Assembly (NCBI GenBank): GCA_964019335.1
Contig: OZ025660.1
Span: forward strand, 434,001 to 498,000
Direction: 5' to 3'
Length of the DNA: 64,000 nucleotides
Origin: Diplonema japonicum
Lineage: Eukaryota > Protista > Euglenozoa: Diplonemea
In this document: positions 31,875 through 43,827 of the stretch, piece by piece
How the letters are laid out: the number at the start of each line of letters is the position of its first letter
Position numbering within the stretch: the first letter of the stretch is position 1
Program-made: the position numbers and the translations under genes
Notes under the pieces: model-generated
Told to the model about the DNA's origin: nothing
The model's input: only the letters and a program-made list of their open reading frames with translations
The model's database searches: none

Positions 31875-32765
31875 TTTTGTGCTTTGATCATCATTCACAG
31901 CGTTGGTAAAGATGCAGGGGAATCCGGGAGAATGGCTCATCAAGAGATTGCTCTCCCGCCCACTTTCACCCTGCAGCACAAACAGAGTGTGACTGCTGCA
32001 ACGACAGCGGAGGGCGGTGGCCAAAAGGAAGGCAAAAACCACAGACACCGGGAAGGGTGACAAAGGTTGGAGATCTTGTACCAGATAAAAGGAACCTGTG
32101 TAACAGGCTGTTACAAGCTTGCTGCAAGTTTTCAAAACAGCTGTTCTCTCTCTCTCCCTCTTTCTTTCACTCCAATCTCGCATCAGGACTGGAGGATGGT
32201 ATCTTTATTTGATAAAGGCCTTCCGTGGCACCCGTGCTGCCCTTCTCCTTCCCTCCTACCCCTTACATGTCTCGCACCCCTCCAACGCCTCTTTCATGTA
32301 TGAAGAACGCGAAGTGGTGTTAATTAAGGGTGCTCTCCAGGCCTGTCCTGGTACGTTGGGAAAACAACTGTTTTTTTTTTTTTTTTTTTTCAGAAAGGGT
32401 TTGTGCAGAGCACCTATCCATCAAACACCTATCATCTGTGATGACAAGGTCAGAGACTCTAGTCTTTTGTGCTTTGATCATCATTCACAGCGTTGGTGTG
32501 TCCCCTTCGACACGGGTCATCACTTCAAGAGACGAAAAAGGTAGCTCTTTTAAAAGCAAAAAGAACAAAGTAGTCTCACGCTGATAAAGCTCCCATTCCA
32601 AGCATGAGGTGCCCAACGGGTGGTATGTACAGCGTTGCGTTGCCTTGTCCCTCCACTCCAAGGAGAAGGGTGTGCATCAGACGATGCCGTCTCACTGGTG
32701 TCTGCTCAGCACCAACAGAAGCCTGCCGGTTCATAAAATATAGGATCTAAGTGGTGAATCATCAT
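31875..32765 (-). ncRNA. snoRNA cluster G (CD1 fragment, A5, A6/A7 chimera, A1,A2,CD1,A3,CD3)
   Basis: Recurrent modules. Confidence 0.85.
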
Positions 32766-33323
32766 CTGCTCATTCCTTGGAAACTCTCTTGTTGGTTTCT
32801 CGATCCTTCCGTGTCTTTGTGTGTCCCCTCTTGGTTATCGTTGTATTTCGCGATCCCAGCCCACGACGGTACCCACCCAGCGTGTACAATTCAGTAAAAA
32901 TAAAAAATACTCAAAAAAACAACGGGAGTCACCATTTGGTGAGCGCAATGCACGTATCACCAGCTGTCCATTGGGAAGTTAAAACGAAAAGAAAGGTAAA
33001 AGAGAGTGAAAGAAAGGAGGGAGGGAAAAGTGTAACCGGACATGTGTCATGGTTACAAGGTATAATAATAGGGGAGGAGGGAGGGAAGCTCTCGGCCCAC
33101 CACAGGTGGGCGAAGGGAATCATTTTAATCAAATGTTTTTTTTTTTCCTTTTTTAAATTCTTTTTTCGAACAAAAAAGACACGATGCACAAGTCACAGAA
33201 GAAGAAGAATAAGAAGAGGAAGCCTAATAAGTTGGTATTGTTGCTGTCTTGTCCCAATTAAGAGAGTATGGCGTTGGTCCTCTTCTTGTTGTTGTTGTTG
33301 TTGTTGCTGTTCTTGTTGCTGCT

Positions 33324-34376
33324 TCAGCCAATCTTGTAACCCAGGTGGTTGCTGGTGAGGCACTGGGCGTACCACCTGCTCTGCTTGTAGCAAGAGGCCC
33401 CGCCGGAGCAGCAGGTGGGGGCGTGAAGGCAGCTTCCCCACTTCGGGATCGCCGTGCGGCAACCAGAGGAAGGAGGGGGAACAGGAACGGGGACAGGTGG
33501 AACAGGAACAGGAGGAGTGGGAGGGGTGGGGACAGGTGGTGTGTTCCCGTTCCCCGCTGCAGGGATGCACTGGGCATACCACTGGCTCTGCCTGTCGCAC
33601 ACCGCCCCTTGCGTGCAGCAGTGCATCGCGCTCGTGCAAGCCCCCCACATGGGAATCGTCCTCGAGCACCCTGTGGTGGGGGGAACAGGGACAGGGGGAA
33701 CGGGAACGGGGGGAACAGGAACAGGAGGGACAGGAACAGGAGGAGTGGGAGGGGTGGGAACAGGGGGAACCGGAACAGGAGGAACAGGGTTCCCGCCACC
33801 ACCACCACCTCCACTGAAGTCCAAGTCAACAGCGTTGTAGAAGCTTGCGGCGGTGTCACCGACATCCCAGATGGCGAGGACAACGTGGTAGCCCGACTTG
33901 GAGGGGAGGGTGCAGGAGTGGGTCGTCACCATCGGGGGCTTCACCATCCCGCCCGCCGCGGAGCAGAAGGGAGCATCCTCGAAGCTGCCCCTCCCGAGGG
34001 GAGCGTTCTGGTTCCACCCATCCTTCGTGATGTAGTACCTCCAGTCCAGGGTCACGTGGTTCGCCGTGAACTGCCAGGTGAAGTCGGTCCTGCCCCCGCT
34101 CGCCGCCGTCTTCGCCCACCTGCTCGAAGACTGCTCGTTCAGAGGGGCCCAGGTCGCGCTCCCCGCCGCCGCCAGCTGCCCGTCCGGAGGACCGCTCGCA
34201 GGGTACCGGTCCGGTCCCTCCACACTCTGCGGCTCGTACTGCACCCCTCCGCACCCGCTGTTTGTCTTCAGCTTGCACGCGTAGTTCCGAGAAGGCGGGC
34301 TCATCACGTAGCCGTGTCCCTCAACCCGCACCACTGCTGCCGCTGCCAGCAGCATCGGAAGTCCCAGGCGCTTCAT
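33324..34376 (-). CDS. AA10 LPMO-CBM1-CBM1, copy 2
   Basis: Near-identical to copy 1; shorter poly-Gly linker. Confidence 0.9.
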   Translation of the reverse strand: MKRLGLPMLLAAAAVVRVEGHGYVMSPPSRNYACKLKTNSGCGGVQYEPQSVEGPDRYPASGPPDGQLAAAGSATWAPLNEQSSSRWAKTAASGGRTDFTWQFTANHVTLDWRYYITKDGWNQNAPLGRGSFEDAPFCSAAGGMVKPPMVTTHSCTLPSKSGYHVVLAIWDVGDTAASFYNAVDLDFSGGGGGGGNPVPPVPVPPVPTPPTPPVPVPPVPVPPVPVPPVPVPPTTGCSRTIPMWGACTSAMHCCTQGAVCDRQSQWYAQCIPAAGNGNTPPVPTPPTPPVPVPPVPVPVPPPSSGCRTAIPKWGSCLHAPTCCSGGASCYKQSRWYAQCLTSNHLGYKIG

Positions 34377-34490
34377 TTCTCTTCTTTTTTTTTTTTTTTT
34401 TTTTTTTGTTGTTGTGTGGAAACTGTGGAGTGAAATAAATAGATACAGAGCACCCTTCCATTGGTCCTCGTGATGGGAAAAATGAATGGA

Positions 34491-34715
34491 TCAGTTTCCT
34501 TCTGTCATTTATGTGTTAAAGGGGAATCAGGAGACTGTGTCTTCATAGAATGGACCAATGTTCTTTAACTACGGTGTCATCATGTGTTTGCCCCTTCTCT
34601 CCCTTCATTGAAATTAAAGCTACTCAGGCCGCCTCTCTTTCTCTGCTCTTTTCTTGCATCAGGACTGGAGGATGGTATCTCTACTGCGAAAGGCCTTCCG
34701 TGGCACCCGTGCTGC
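34491..34715 (-). ncRNA. snoRNA cluster H (CD4,A1)
   Basis: Cluster C with A5-CD5-A8 deleted. Confidence 0.8.
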
Positions 34716-35512
34716 TTCTTCTCGATTCCTATTACTTCATTCTACTCTTGTCATTCATTCTTCCCCCATTATTGTCATCACCAGTAAGCAAGAGAAAAGA
34801 ATAAAAAAAGGGAGTAGGAGGGAGGGGGGAACAAGTAAAGCAAGAATAAAGGTAGAGCAAAAAATGCGAAAAAATAAGAGAGGAAGATGTGGGGGAAAAG
34901 AAATAACCTTGTAACGAATGAAAACATCTCCATTCTTGTTGCTCATGCCAAAGGCTCTGAGATTTGTTAAACAGTAGAACTCATATAATATTTATTTAAT
35001 ATTTTGAATCACAAAAAAAGCGCTCAAAACCAGGACAGTATATCAATTTCTTTCGTCCTTTGTCATTTTTGCGGTTTATCAAAACCCAGTTGATTCTTCT
35101 TCTTCTCCTTCTGCTGAGTTTACCACAAAAAAGAAAAAGAAACAAGGTGAGGGAGGGGAAAACAGGGAAGAAAAGTGTAATTGTGTGTTACCCTATTCTT
35201 TTCTGTGAGACTAGTGGAAAAGAAAGAGAGAAAAACCAAATAAAATAGGTGGGGTTGGGTGAGGCACAGCTCACGCCTTGTTCTTGATGAATGAACAATA
35301 AAATAAACATATAAGTGGGAAAAAAGATTCACTAAAGAAAATTTTTTAAGTAACAAAAAAGAATCTTACGAACATACCCATAAAGGGAACAGCGGTGGGG
35401 TAAGAGTAAAGGATTCTTCTTCTTATTCTTTTCTTGTGTGTGTGTGTGTGTTTTTTTTTTTTTTCGTGTATTTTTTTGTTTAATAAGGTCAGCACTACAA
35501 CTACTGCTAAAG

Positions 35513-38134
35513 CTAAATGTCAAAGTACACGGTGGAACTGGGCGGTGTCATCTTAACCTCCTGAGAAGGCACAGGAGCTTTCTCCAAGTCACTCAACAGC
35601 ATTTCCCGAGGAGCGGTCGTGGTCATGGTAGAGGTTCTCTTCTTGTTGTACACTGTGAGGGCGATGGCGGAACCAATGCACAGGGCACCCAAACCACCTG
35701 CGAGATACAGCCACGGCATCGAGAAGGAGGAGGAGGAAGAGGAGGAGGAGGAGCCAGACTCGTCATCAGGTTGCGGGGCAGGAACGCTGACCTTTGTGAC
35801 AGGCTTCACAACAAGGGAACCCTCGTCCCCGTCCACCAAAGGTCCCTTCCCCTCAGCTGCCTCCTTCACCGCCTCTTCCACTTCCGCCTCGATCTTGTCC
35901 GCATCTTTCCCCTCAATACGGTACTCCACGAACACACCAGTGTCGCTGTCATCCTCCACCTGCTGGACTCCGGCACCTCTGTAACGACGCCTCTCCTCGT
36001 TCAGGTAGTCCATGTTCCATGAACGGTCCACTTCTACCGCATAGTTCCTCCTCTCCCTCGGTGTCGGACGCCTGTTCCCCGCCTTCAACACACCAACAGC
36101 AGTCACCACCAACCAGTCGGGCCTCGACCTCAGCCACCTTGAAGCCTTCATCATAGACATCCTGAACTTCCTCAGGAAGTCCCTCGGCCTCTGCATCACA
36201 TAGTTCCTGTTACCTCTGAACCTCAAGCACTTCTCCATCTCAGGAGAAGGTGTGGGGTTTGGTGTCGACATTCTTGGAGCTGCGGTGTTCGGGGCTGAGG
36301 TCTCTCTCTGCTCGCTGCCAGGGGATGAAGTCACTTTCTGTTCACCACCAGGGGATGAGGTTTCTTTCTGCTCGCCACCAGGGGATGAAGTCACTTTCTG
36401 CTCGCTGCCAGGGGATGAAGTCTCCTTCTGTTCGCCATTAGGGCTTGGAGTCTCACCGTTGCCCATCTCACCACCAGGGGACGGAGTCTCGCCGTTGCCT
36501 TCTTCACCACCAGGAGATGGAGTCCTGCCGTTGCCTTCTTCACCACCAGGGGACGGAGTCTCGCCGTTGCCTTCTTCACCACCAGGGGATGGGGTCCTAC
36601 CGCCGTTGCCTTCCTCACCACCAGGGGATGGAGTCTCGCCGTTGCCTTCCTCACCACCAGGGGATGGGGTCCTACCGCCGTTGCCTTCCTCACCACCAGG
36701 GGACGGACCTTCTTCACCACCAGGAGATGGACCCTCTTCGGTACCTTCTTCAGTTCCCTCTTCGGTGCCCTCTTCTGTTCCCTCCTCGGTGCCCTCTTCT
36801 TTTCCCTCTTCACGGTCTTTTGCGGCTCCCTGTTCACCTTTGTTGCCATTGTTGCCCTCAGGGTTGTTGTTGCCCCCTTCTTCACCGCCAGTTGGTGGAG
36901 GCATACCGTTACCACCTTCTTCACCGCCAGTGGGTGGAGGCATACCGTTGCCACCTTCCTCACCACCAGGGGATGGAGTCCTTCCGTTACCACCCTCCTC
37001 ACCGCCGGGAGATGGAGTCCTTCCGTTACCACCCTCCTCACCGCCGGGAGATGGAGTCCTACCGTTACCACCCTCTTCACCACCAGGGGATGGAGTCCTA
37101 CCGTTGCCACCTTCCTCACCACCAGGGGATGGAGTCCTTCCGTTACCACCCTCTTCACCACCAGGGGATGGAGTCCTGCCGTTACCACCCTCTTCACCAC
37201 CAGGGGATGGAGTCCTACCGTTGCCACCCTCTTCACCACCAGGAGATGGAGTCCTGCCGTTGCCACCCTCTTCACCGCCAGGGGATGGAGTCCTACCGTT
37301 CCCTTCTTCACCACCAGGGGATGGAGTCCTGCCGTTGCCTTCCTCACCACCAGGGGATGGAGTCTTACCGTTGCCCTCTTCACCACCAGGGGAATCCGTG
37401 TTCTGCTCACCGTTAGGACTGGGGGTGTTCTGCTGACCGTTCGGACTGGGGGTGTTTTGTTGGCCATTAGGACTGGGGGTGTTCTGCTGACCGTTCGGAC
37501 TGGGGGTGTTTTGTTGACCATTAGGACTGGGGGTGTTCTGCTGACCGTTAGGACTGGGAGTGTTCTGTTGACCATTAGGACTGGGGGTGTTCTGTTGGCC
37601 GTTAGGACTGGGGGTGTTTTGTTGACCATTAGGACTGGGGGTGTTCTGTTGGCCGTTAGGACTGGGAGTGTTCTGTTGACCGTTAGGACTGGGGGTGTTC
37701 TGTTGACCATTAGGGCTTGGAGTAGCAGGGGCCCGAGTAGCAGGGGCCCGGGTAGCAGGGGCTGAAGTAGCGGGAGCAGAAGTGTCAGGGGCTCGAGTAG
37801 CAGGGGCCCGAGTATCAGGAGGCGAAGTAGCAGGGGCCCGAGTATCAGGGATTGCTGTGTCAGGGGACAAACTCTCACCCGGTTTACACTTCCTCGGGGG
37901 GTAGGTCTTCTTCCCGTAGCTCTTCTTCCCGTAGTAGGTCTTCTTCCCGTAGTACGTCTTCTTCCCGTAACTCTTCTTCCCATAATAGCTCTTTCCGTAG
38001 TACTTGCTACTGTAGTGGTTCCCGTTGCCGTAGCCATAGTTGTATCCCCCCACTTGGCTGCCATAGTAGTGTGCGCTGGCTGGTGCCACCATCGAGGCGG
38101 CACACAGCACTAGAAGCAAGCTCCTCGACCTCAT
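35513..38134 (-). CDS. Mucin-like repeat membrane protein, copy 3
   Basis: Same architecture (873 aa). Confidence 0.85.
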   Translation of the reverse strand: MRSRSLLLVLCAASMVAPASAHYYGSQVGGYNYGYGNGNHYSSKYYGKSYYGKKSYGKKTYYGKKTYYGKKSYGKKTYPPRKCKPGESLSPDTAIPDTRAPATSPPDTRAPATRAPDTSAPATSAPATRAPATRAPATPSPNGQQNTPSPNGQQNTPSPNGQQNTPSPNGQQNTPSPNGQQNTPSPNGQQNTPSPNGQQNTPSPNGQQNTPSPNGQQNTPSPNGQQNTPSPNGQQNTPSPNGEQNTDSPGGEEGNGKTPSPGGEEGNGRTPSPGGEEGNGRTPSPGGEEGGNGRTPSPGGEEGGNGRTPSPGGEEGGNGRTPSPGGEEGGNGRTPSPGGEEGGNGRTPSPGGEEGGNGRTPSPGGEEGGNGRTPSPGGEEGGNGRTPSPGGEEGGNGMPPPTGGEEGGNGMPPPTGGEEGGNNNPEGNNGNKGEQGAAKDREEGKEEGTEEGTEEGTEEGTEEGTEEGPSPGGEEGPSPGGEEGNGGRTPSPGGEEGNGETPSPGGEEGNGGRTPSPGGEEGNGETPSPGGEEGNGRTPSPGGEEGNGETPSPGGEMGNGETPSPNGEQKETSSPGSEQKVTSSPGGEQKETSSPGGEQKVTSSPGSEQRETSAPNTAAPRMSTPNPTPSPEMEKCLRFRGNRNYVMQRPRDFLRKFRMSMMKASRWLRSRPDWLVVTAVGVLKAGNRRPTPRERRNYAVEVDRSWNMDYLNEERRRYRGAGVQQVEDDSDTGVFVEYRIEGKDADKIEAEVEEAVKEAAEGKGPLVDGDEGSLVVKPVTKVSVPAPQPDDESGSSSSSSSSSFSMPWLYLAGGLGALCIGSAIALTVYNKKRTSTMTTTAPREMLLSDLEKAPVPSQEVKMTPPSSTVYFDI

Positions 38135-38342
38135 ATTTATGTTCAGTAAACCTGTGTGGTTGTGTCGTTACAAATTTGCGAAAAGAAGAATTGGAATCTC
38201 CTTTTTGTCCTCACCCATATGTCCTTGCTGCCGAAAGTAAGCTCAAGAAAATATCGGTGGCACTCTCCTTCCGCCACCCATATGCCCTTGCTGCCGAGGT
38301 CCCATCCTCCAGGAGCCTGGTTCCCTTTCCAGAGAATGGACA

Positions 38343-39548
38343 TCAGAACAGATCTTGGTTTGCGAATGGAATGGTTGTACACACTTGCACCCAAAGGTGC
38401 TTCATACGCCAGGTAAAATGGTGTCATCATCTTGCCCCTTTGCCTACCCCCCCACCCCTCCATTGGCCCTCGTGATGGGAAAAATGAATGGATCAGTTTC
38501 CTTCTGTCATTTATGTGTTAAAGGGGAATCAGGAGACTGTGTCTTCATAGAATGGACCAATGTTCTTTAACTACAGTGTCATCATGCTTCGGTGTTGCTG
38601 CTGTCGGACGGTGCTTTGATCATCATTCACAGCGTTGGTGTCCCCTCTTCGGGAATTCGGGAGAAAGAAACATTATTTTAAAAGACGAAAAAATCAGTTC
38701 CCTTCAAAGCAAAGAAAAGTGGAACAGTGTGACTGCTGCAACGACACGGAGGGCGAGAGTAGCCGGAAGAACGCGTGGGCAAAAGCCTTAATGGTCAGAA
38801 GTCCTTGTTTGTAAATCATGAATTGAAAGATCAGAAGCAAGACTGGCATGTCGTGAAAGGGTCGTTGTCATCATCCTGATGTTTAATACATTTCTCCAGT
38901 TGGCAAAGAGAACAACGTAGTCAGAAAACAGTAGTCTCACGCTGATAAAGCTCCCATTCCAAGCATGAGGTGCCCAACGGGTGGTATGTACAGCGTTGCT
39001 GCTCTTCACTTTTCTTCTTCTTATTCTTCTTCCTTCTCTCGCATAGCTTCACAACCAGCACCCTATTCAGAGAGGGAACAAGCTGTTACAAGCTTGCTGC
39101 AAGTTTTCAAACTGTGTTTTGTGTTTTCAGGTTTCAGTCTCGCAGGTTTTTGACCCTCACTTGAACCAGCAACATGGGTTCGCAAGGAACACGAAACACT
39201 GCTGCGCTCGTGTGTTGTGTGTGCCCACATGTCTCGCACCCCTCCAACGCCTCTTTCATGTATGAAGAACGCGAAGTGGTGTTAATTAAGGGTGCTCTCC
39301 TTCTTTTCGAGTATTCCCCTCCCCCAACCCCCTTCTTTTTTACCCCGCAACGTATCTCACGCTGATAAAGCGCCCATTCCAAGCATCAACAGTGCCCAAC
39401 GGGTGCCGATTACAGCGTTGCCGTTCTTTCTTTGCGGGGTATCGTGTTCTGCATTTTGTGAAGGTGCTGCTTGCTTTCATTGTCGTGGCCCTCCAGACGA
39501 CCTCAGTTTGTTTCCTTCCTCTTCATGGAAGGCATCAGAAGAGGTATA
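38343..39548 (-). ncRNA. snoRNA cluster I (CD6, CD4, fragments, CD5,A3,A7,A10,A2,A3b, CD2 stub)
   Basis: Left part equals cluster E, right part equals cluster F, joined at A3. Confidence 0.85.
39135..39202 (-). ncRNA. AGA-box H/ACA-like snoRNA family A10
   Basis: GCAG.GTTT...AAAC.CTGC-GAGA, GAACC/GGTTC upper stem; copies 52357-52424 and 5'-damaged 23631-23697. Confidence 0.7.
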
Positions 39549-40090
39549 GAGAACGTATTTCACGGGCCCTGTAGGAGTCTGGCAAAAAGGGCGACGAGAA
39601 CGGCGTCTGGGTTGGGTGAGGGGTGGAGGATGGTGGAACTACGTTCCATGCCGGTTACGCTTAGGCAATGCAATGCTGTTCGACGCAAACGAAACGACCG
39701 AGAAGTGGCAGAAAGCACTCCTGACGGGGCTGGTGGAGAGAACTCCCTTGAGCCATCGGCTGATTACGCAGTCATGGCAACGCTATAGCAGGTTCTAAAA
39801 AAAAGAAAAAAAAAAGAGAAAGAGAGAGAAAAAAGAAGAAGAAAAAAACGATTGAACGAAAGGGAGAATGGATGAGAGAACGAGAGGCTACACCTGGAAA
39901 AATAGCGGGAACCAAGTTTTGTATGTTTTCTTTTTTTTTCTTTCTTTCTTTTACGCATTTCTTCTTGCCATGACGCAGCACATCGGAATATCGAGTTAGG
40001 GGGGCATCCCTCGTGATCATTTGAATGACAAGTTTCACTCTTTACTGTCTTTGAGGGTTTCTTCTTTTTTCTCATCTTCAGTTTTGGGCT

Positions 40091-42382
40091 TCAGGATCTC
40101 TGCAACTGCCTCATGGTTTCCATTGCGCGCGAGCCCATAGGGGGTGCTCCCTGTGTTGTGGGTGGGTGAACGCAAAAAGGGGAGAAATAAATACCTTTTG
40201 AAGTCTTAGTGTATGCATTCGCGTCGTAGACGCTCAGCAGGTACTGGACAACGTCAAGACGGCCGTTAGAGGCAGCACAGTGAATCGCCATCCATCCGTC
40301 AACTCTCTTCGCAGCGGGGTCCTGGTGGTAGTCTTCGATTAGAAGTTTCACTATGTCGAGCTTGCCGCTTAAGCATGCAGAGTGTAGAGGGGTAGATTCG
40401 TTTTGGCCCTTTATCCACGGCTGTACCTTGAACTCTTCAATAAGAAGCTTCATCATCTCGACTTGGTCGTAGTGGGCGGCAGCGTGCAACAGGGTGCCTC
40501 CGTCGTGCTTCCTCACCAAGGGGTTCTGCTTGTACTTGTTGATCAACAGTCGCACAGCTTCGCAATTACCTTGAATCGCCGCGGCGTGCAAAATCGTCCA
40601 GCCGCCTTGTGAGGTGATTGCAGGGTCCTGTTTGTACTCGTCGATCAACAGCTGCATGACGTTGACTCCAGCGGACATCGCAGTGTGCAGCACTGTCTTG
40701 CCGTCGTCTTTTACCTTCCCAAGGTCTTGCTTGTATACATCAACCAGCAGCATCAGCGCCTCAGTGTGGCCGCCGTACGCGGCACAGTGCAGAAGCGAGA
40801 AACCAGCATACACTGCCTGGGAAGGGTCCTGCTTGTATTTATCAATAAGCAGTTTCATGGTCTCCACCTTGCCGCAGCGTGTGGCAATGCACAAGGGCGA
40901 GGTGTTGTTGAATCCCCTCAGGTCGGGATCCAAGCCGCACTCATCGACGAGGTATCGCACCAACTCGAGGTTGTCATACGCGGCTGCGGCATGTAAGAGA
41001 GTTGAATTGTTGTGCTTTTTGACCTTCGGACACTGCTTTAGTTCATCGATAAGGATCTTGAGAGCCGTCGTTTGGCCACCGTACACAGCGCAGTGGAGCG
41101 CAGATGTGCCATCTTTGTCCCTTGCATCAGGGTCGACGTTGCACTTCAGAATTAGGTGCCGCATCTCGTCAATGTTGCCTTCGCGGGCAGCATTGCGGAG
41201 AGCAACTTCTCCTGCACACACCCACGCCTCGGTGCCCTTTTCTGTGCCGTACGAGGCAAGGAATTCCTTCTTTGTATAGAAGGACCTGAGCTCATCCTCT
41301 GATTTATTAGGGTCGCAACGCTTCTCGTCGTTGTTCTCTTCGCGAGTGGCTGCGGCCTCGAAGACTGCCCTGACCCGTCCCTTGTCCATGAACTTCGTTG
41401 TATCGTTCGCCTCGATGTACTCGCCGAAGTCCTCGTCGTACACCTCCACCCAGCGTGTCTGCCCGACTTCACCTTTGAATGCTTCCGCAGCAGCAGCCCC
41501 CACCTCGCTTAGTGTGGCACCTTGGGAGACAACAATCTTTTTCGTTCTCTCTATACCGCCCACCTCGGCACGAAGTAAGAGGTGCACAGACTGTGTCTTC
41601 CATATCTGCAATAATTCTTCAGCTGTGGGGCGGTCGCAGGGGTCCCAAGAGAGGAGGCGCGGCAGCACCTCGTCAAGCGGTGCTCCGACCGCTCTCTGCA
41701 AGGCGGGGCCTAGGTTCTCTATGACAAGTGCGTGGTTCACACGCAGGTATTTCAGGAGGAGTTCTCTATCCTCGCCTTCAAGGATGCTGCAGCAAGCAGT
41801 CACACCGAGAGCCCAAATGTCGACCTTGTCAGTGTAGGGCAGGTCACCGTAGTCTGGAGCCATGAAGACGGGTGTGCCTGCAATGGTGTACGCATCGGAG
41901 GTGGCAACGTCCTTGGACAACCCAAAGTCAGCTAGGACGAAGGTTGTGGCATCGTGGGATACCATGATGTTGGCAGGCTTCACGTCTCTGTGGATGTAGC
42001 CCTTTTCTTTGTGGAGGTAGCGGAGTGCTTCGCTCACGTCCGTTAGGAGGTTTCTTGCTTTCTCCGATCCGAGTAATCCAGTCTCTCTGATGTACTTTTC
42101 TAAGTCGCCATGGTAGAGGGGCATCACAATGTGCAGCTTCCACATTTTCTCCTTCCTCGCGACAAAGTAGTCCAGACAGGGCACAACGTTGCTGTGGTTC
42201 AGTTTCAACATATGCAGAACCTCTTTCTCTTGTCTGTCGTGTTCTTCCTTCGTGATGGCTGTCTGCACTTTCATTGCGAGCTGTGTCCCGTCCACCTTTC
42301 TCGTGACTTTGTACACAGTCCCAAAGCTACCTTTGCCCAAGCTGCACCCCTGCTTGTACTTCTCTGATTCAGGGAGTGTCAT
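40091..42382 (-). CDS. Ser/Thr protein kinase with ankyrin repeats; probable 44-nt intron 40151-40194 extends the true 3' end beyond 40091
   Basis: GKGSFG, AMK, HRDVKPAN, DFG, GTPVFMAP, DIWALG; about 10 ankyrin repeats; removing GTATT...CACAG gives the better ankyrin ending GSTPYGLARNGNHEAVAEIL, open to about 39772. Confidence 0.9.
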   Translation of the reverse strand: MTLPESEKYKQGCSLGKGSFGTVYKVTRKVDGTQLAMKVQTAITKEEHDRQEKEVLHMLKLNHSNVVPCLDYFVARKEKMWKLHIVMPLYHGDLEKYIRETGLLGSEKARNLLTDVSEALRYLHKEKGYIHRDVKPANIMVSHDATTFVLADFGLSKDVATSDAYTIAGTPVFMAPDYGDLPYTDKVDIWALGVTACCSILEGEDRELLLKYLRVNHALVIENLGPALQRAVGAPLDEVLPRLLSWDPCDRPTAEELLQIWKTQSVHLLLRAEVGGIERTKKIVVSQGATLSEVGAAAAEAFKGEVGQTRWVEVYDEDFGEYIEANDTTKFMDKGRVRAVFEAAATREENNDEKRCDPNKSEDELRSFYTKKEFLASYGTEKGTEAWVCAGEVALRNAAREGNIDEMRHLILKCNVDPDARDKDGTSALHCAVYGGQTTALKILIDELKQCPKVKKHNNSTLLHAAAAYDNLELVRYLVDECGLDPDLRGFNNTSPLCIATRCGKVETMKLLIDKYKQDPSQAVYAGFSLLHCAAYGGHTEALMLLVDVYKQDLGKVKDDGKTVLHTAMSAGVNVMQLLIDEYKQDPAITSQGGWTILHAAAIQGNCEAVRLLINKYKQNPLVRKHDGGTLLHAAAHYDQVEMMKLLIEEFKVQPWIKGQNESTPLHSACLSGKLDIVKLLIEDYHQDPAAKRVDGWMAIHCAASNGRLDVVQYLLSVYDANAYTKTSKGIYFSPFCVHPPTTQGAPPMGSRAMETMRQLQRS

Positions 42383-42744
42383 TTTTTTTTTTCTTCTTTT
42401 TCTTCTGTAAACGAGTAAAAAAAAAATAATGAAAAAAATAAAATTAAAAAAAGAAAAGAAAAAAAAAACACAGTTTACCCAATTGTATGCGTTCTAATTA
42501 AGGGCAAGGGGGGGATAAGAAAAAGAAGAACCGTGTTAAAAAAACTATATTTTGATTGTTATCTCTAAAAACCCGTTCAGTTCAGCAAAGTCCTAAATGG
42601 CTCTGGAGGGAATCCTTTTGAACAAGAAATCTTGTGCAACATTAATCACATGATGACTTTTCACGGAGAGGTCCCATCCGACGAGATGAAGGTTTCTTTT
42701 TTTTTCCCCCCCCTGAATTTTCTTCGACCGAGGTGCCACGCCAT

Positions 42745-42791
<47 letters not shown>

Positions 42792-43708
42792 ATAAAAAAA
42801 AAAACGAGTGTTGGATACGTTAAAAAAAAAGAGAAAAAAAAAAACAAAGAATAAAAAATTGTTGCTTTTTTGTTGTTACCCCCCCCCCCCCCCCCCCCCC
42901 CCGAGCGGTCAATTTAATATTAAAAAAAAAGATCGCGTCTCAGGATATTTCGTAGTTCTAGCATCATATCTTGTGAAAGACCTGTAAATATCTGAGCAAA
43001 ACCTGTCCCTGAAAAAGTCTGGAAGGGGAGGGGGTAAAAGCTTGCATTACAAACACCTGCAAATCATGCCGTTGTTGCTCTCTGTGTGTCATCACATTAA
43101 GTACTAAATTTACCAAAAAAAAAAAAAAAAAAAAAATCAGGGTCATGTTACCATAAAAGTGCCACAAGAATAAAGATTAGAAAATTGGAGGTTTTCCCGC
43201 TCATTTTATTGATGGATGAAAAATAAAACGGAACCAGGAGAGAGATGAGCGACACGCATGAGGGGGAGGGGGGGGGGGGGGGGGGGGGGGGGTCGAATGA
43301 AAAGCTTCAATGTGAAGCTTATTGTGTGGCCCCGAATAAGAGACAAAAAATACCGCCGCCCAAAATAAAAGAAATGGAGGCTCCAGGTTGCGGATTTCGG
43401 CGTCTTGCAGTAGACGGGTGGAGGACAAAAAGGGAGGATTCAAAGAAAACCCCCTTTTTCCTTTCATTCAAACACGCCTTAAGATATGAATTTTCAAAAG
43501 TTTTTTTTTTTTCTTTTCTTTTCTTTTTTTTCTTTACCATGACCAGACCATTGTGAGGTTAACAGGGGGGTCCAGCCAAAGAGCCTGACCAAAACAAAAC
43601 AATTTGTTTGTACGTGCCGGGTAAACCTGGAGAAGTTTGTCAACCCGAAACACGTTGCCAACGTTCCCCTTTTGTTTAGACAAGTCAAAGACTCGTTCTT
43701 GCAAAAAG

Positions 43709-43741
<33 letters not shown>

Positions 43742-43827
43742 ACATTTAAGGGTACCTGCGGTATGTGGCAGGACGCCTGAAAAAAAAAAACAGCACGTTG
43801 TTTATTTTTGCGTTTTACGCGCTTGCC

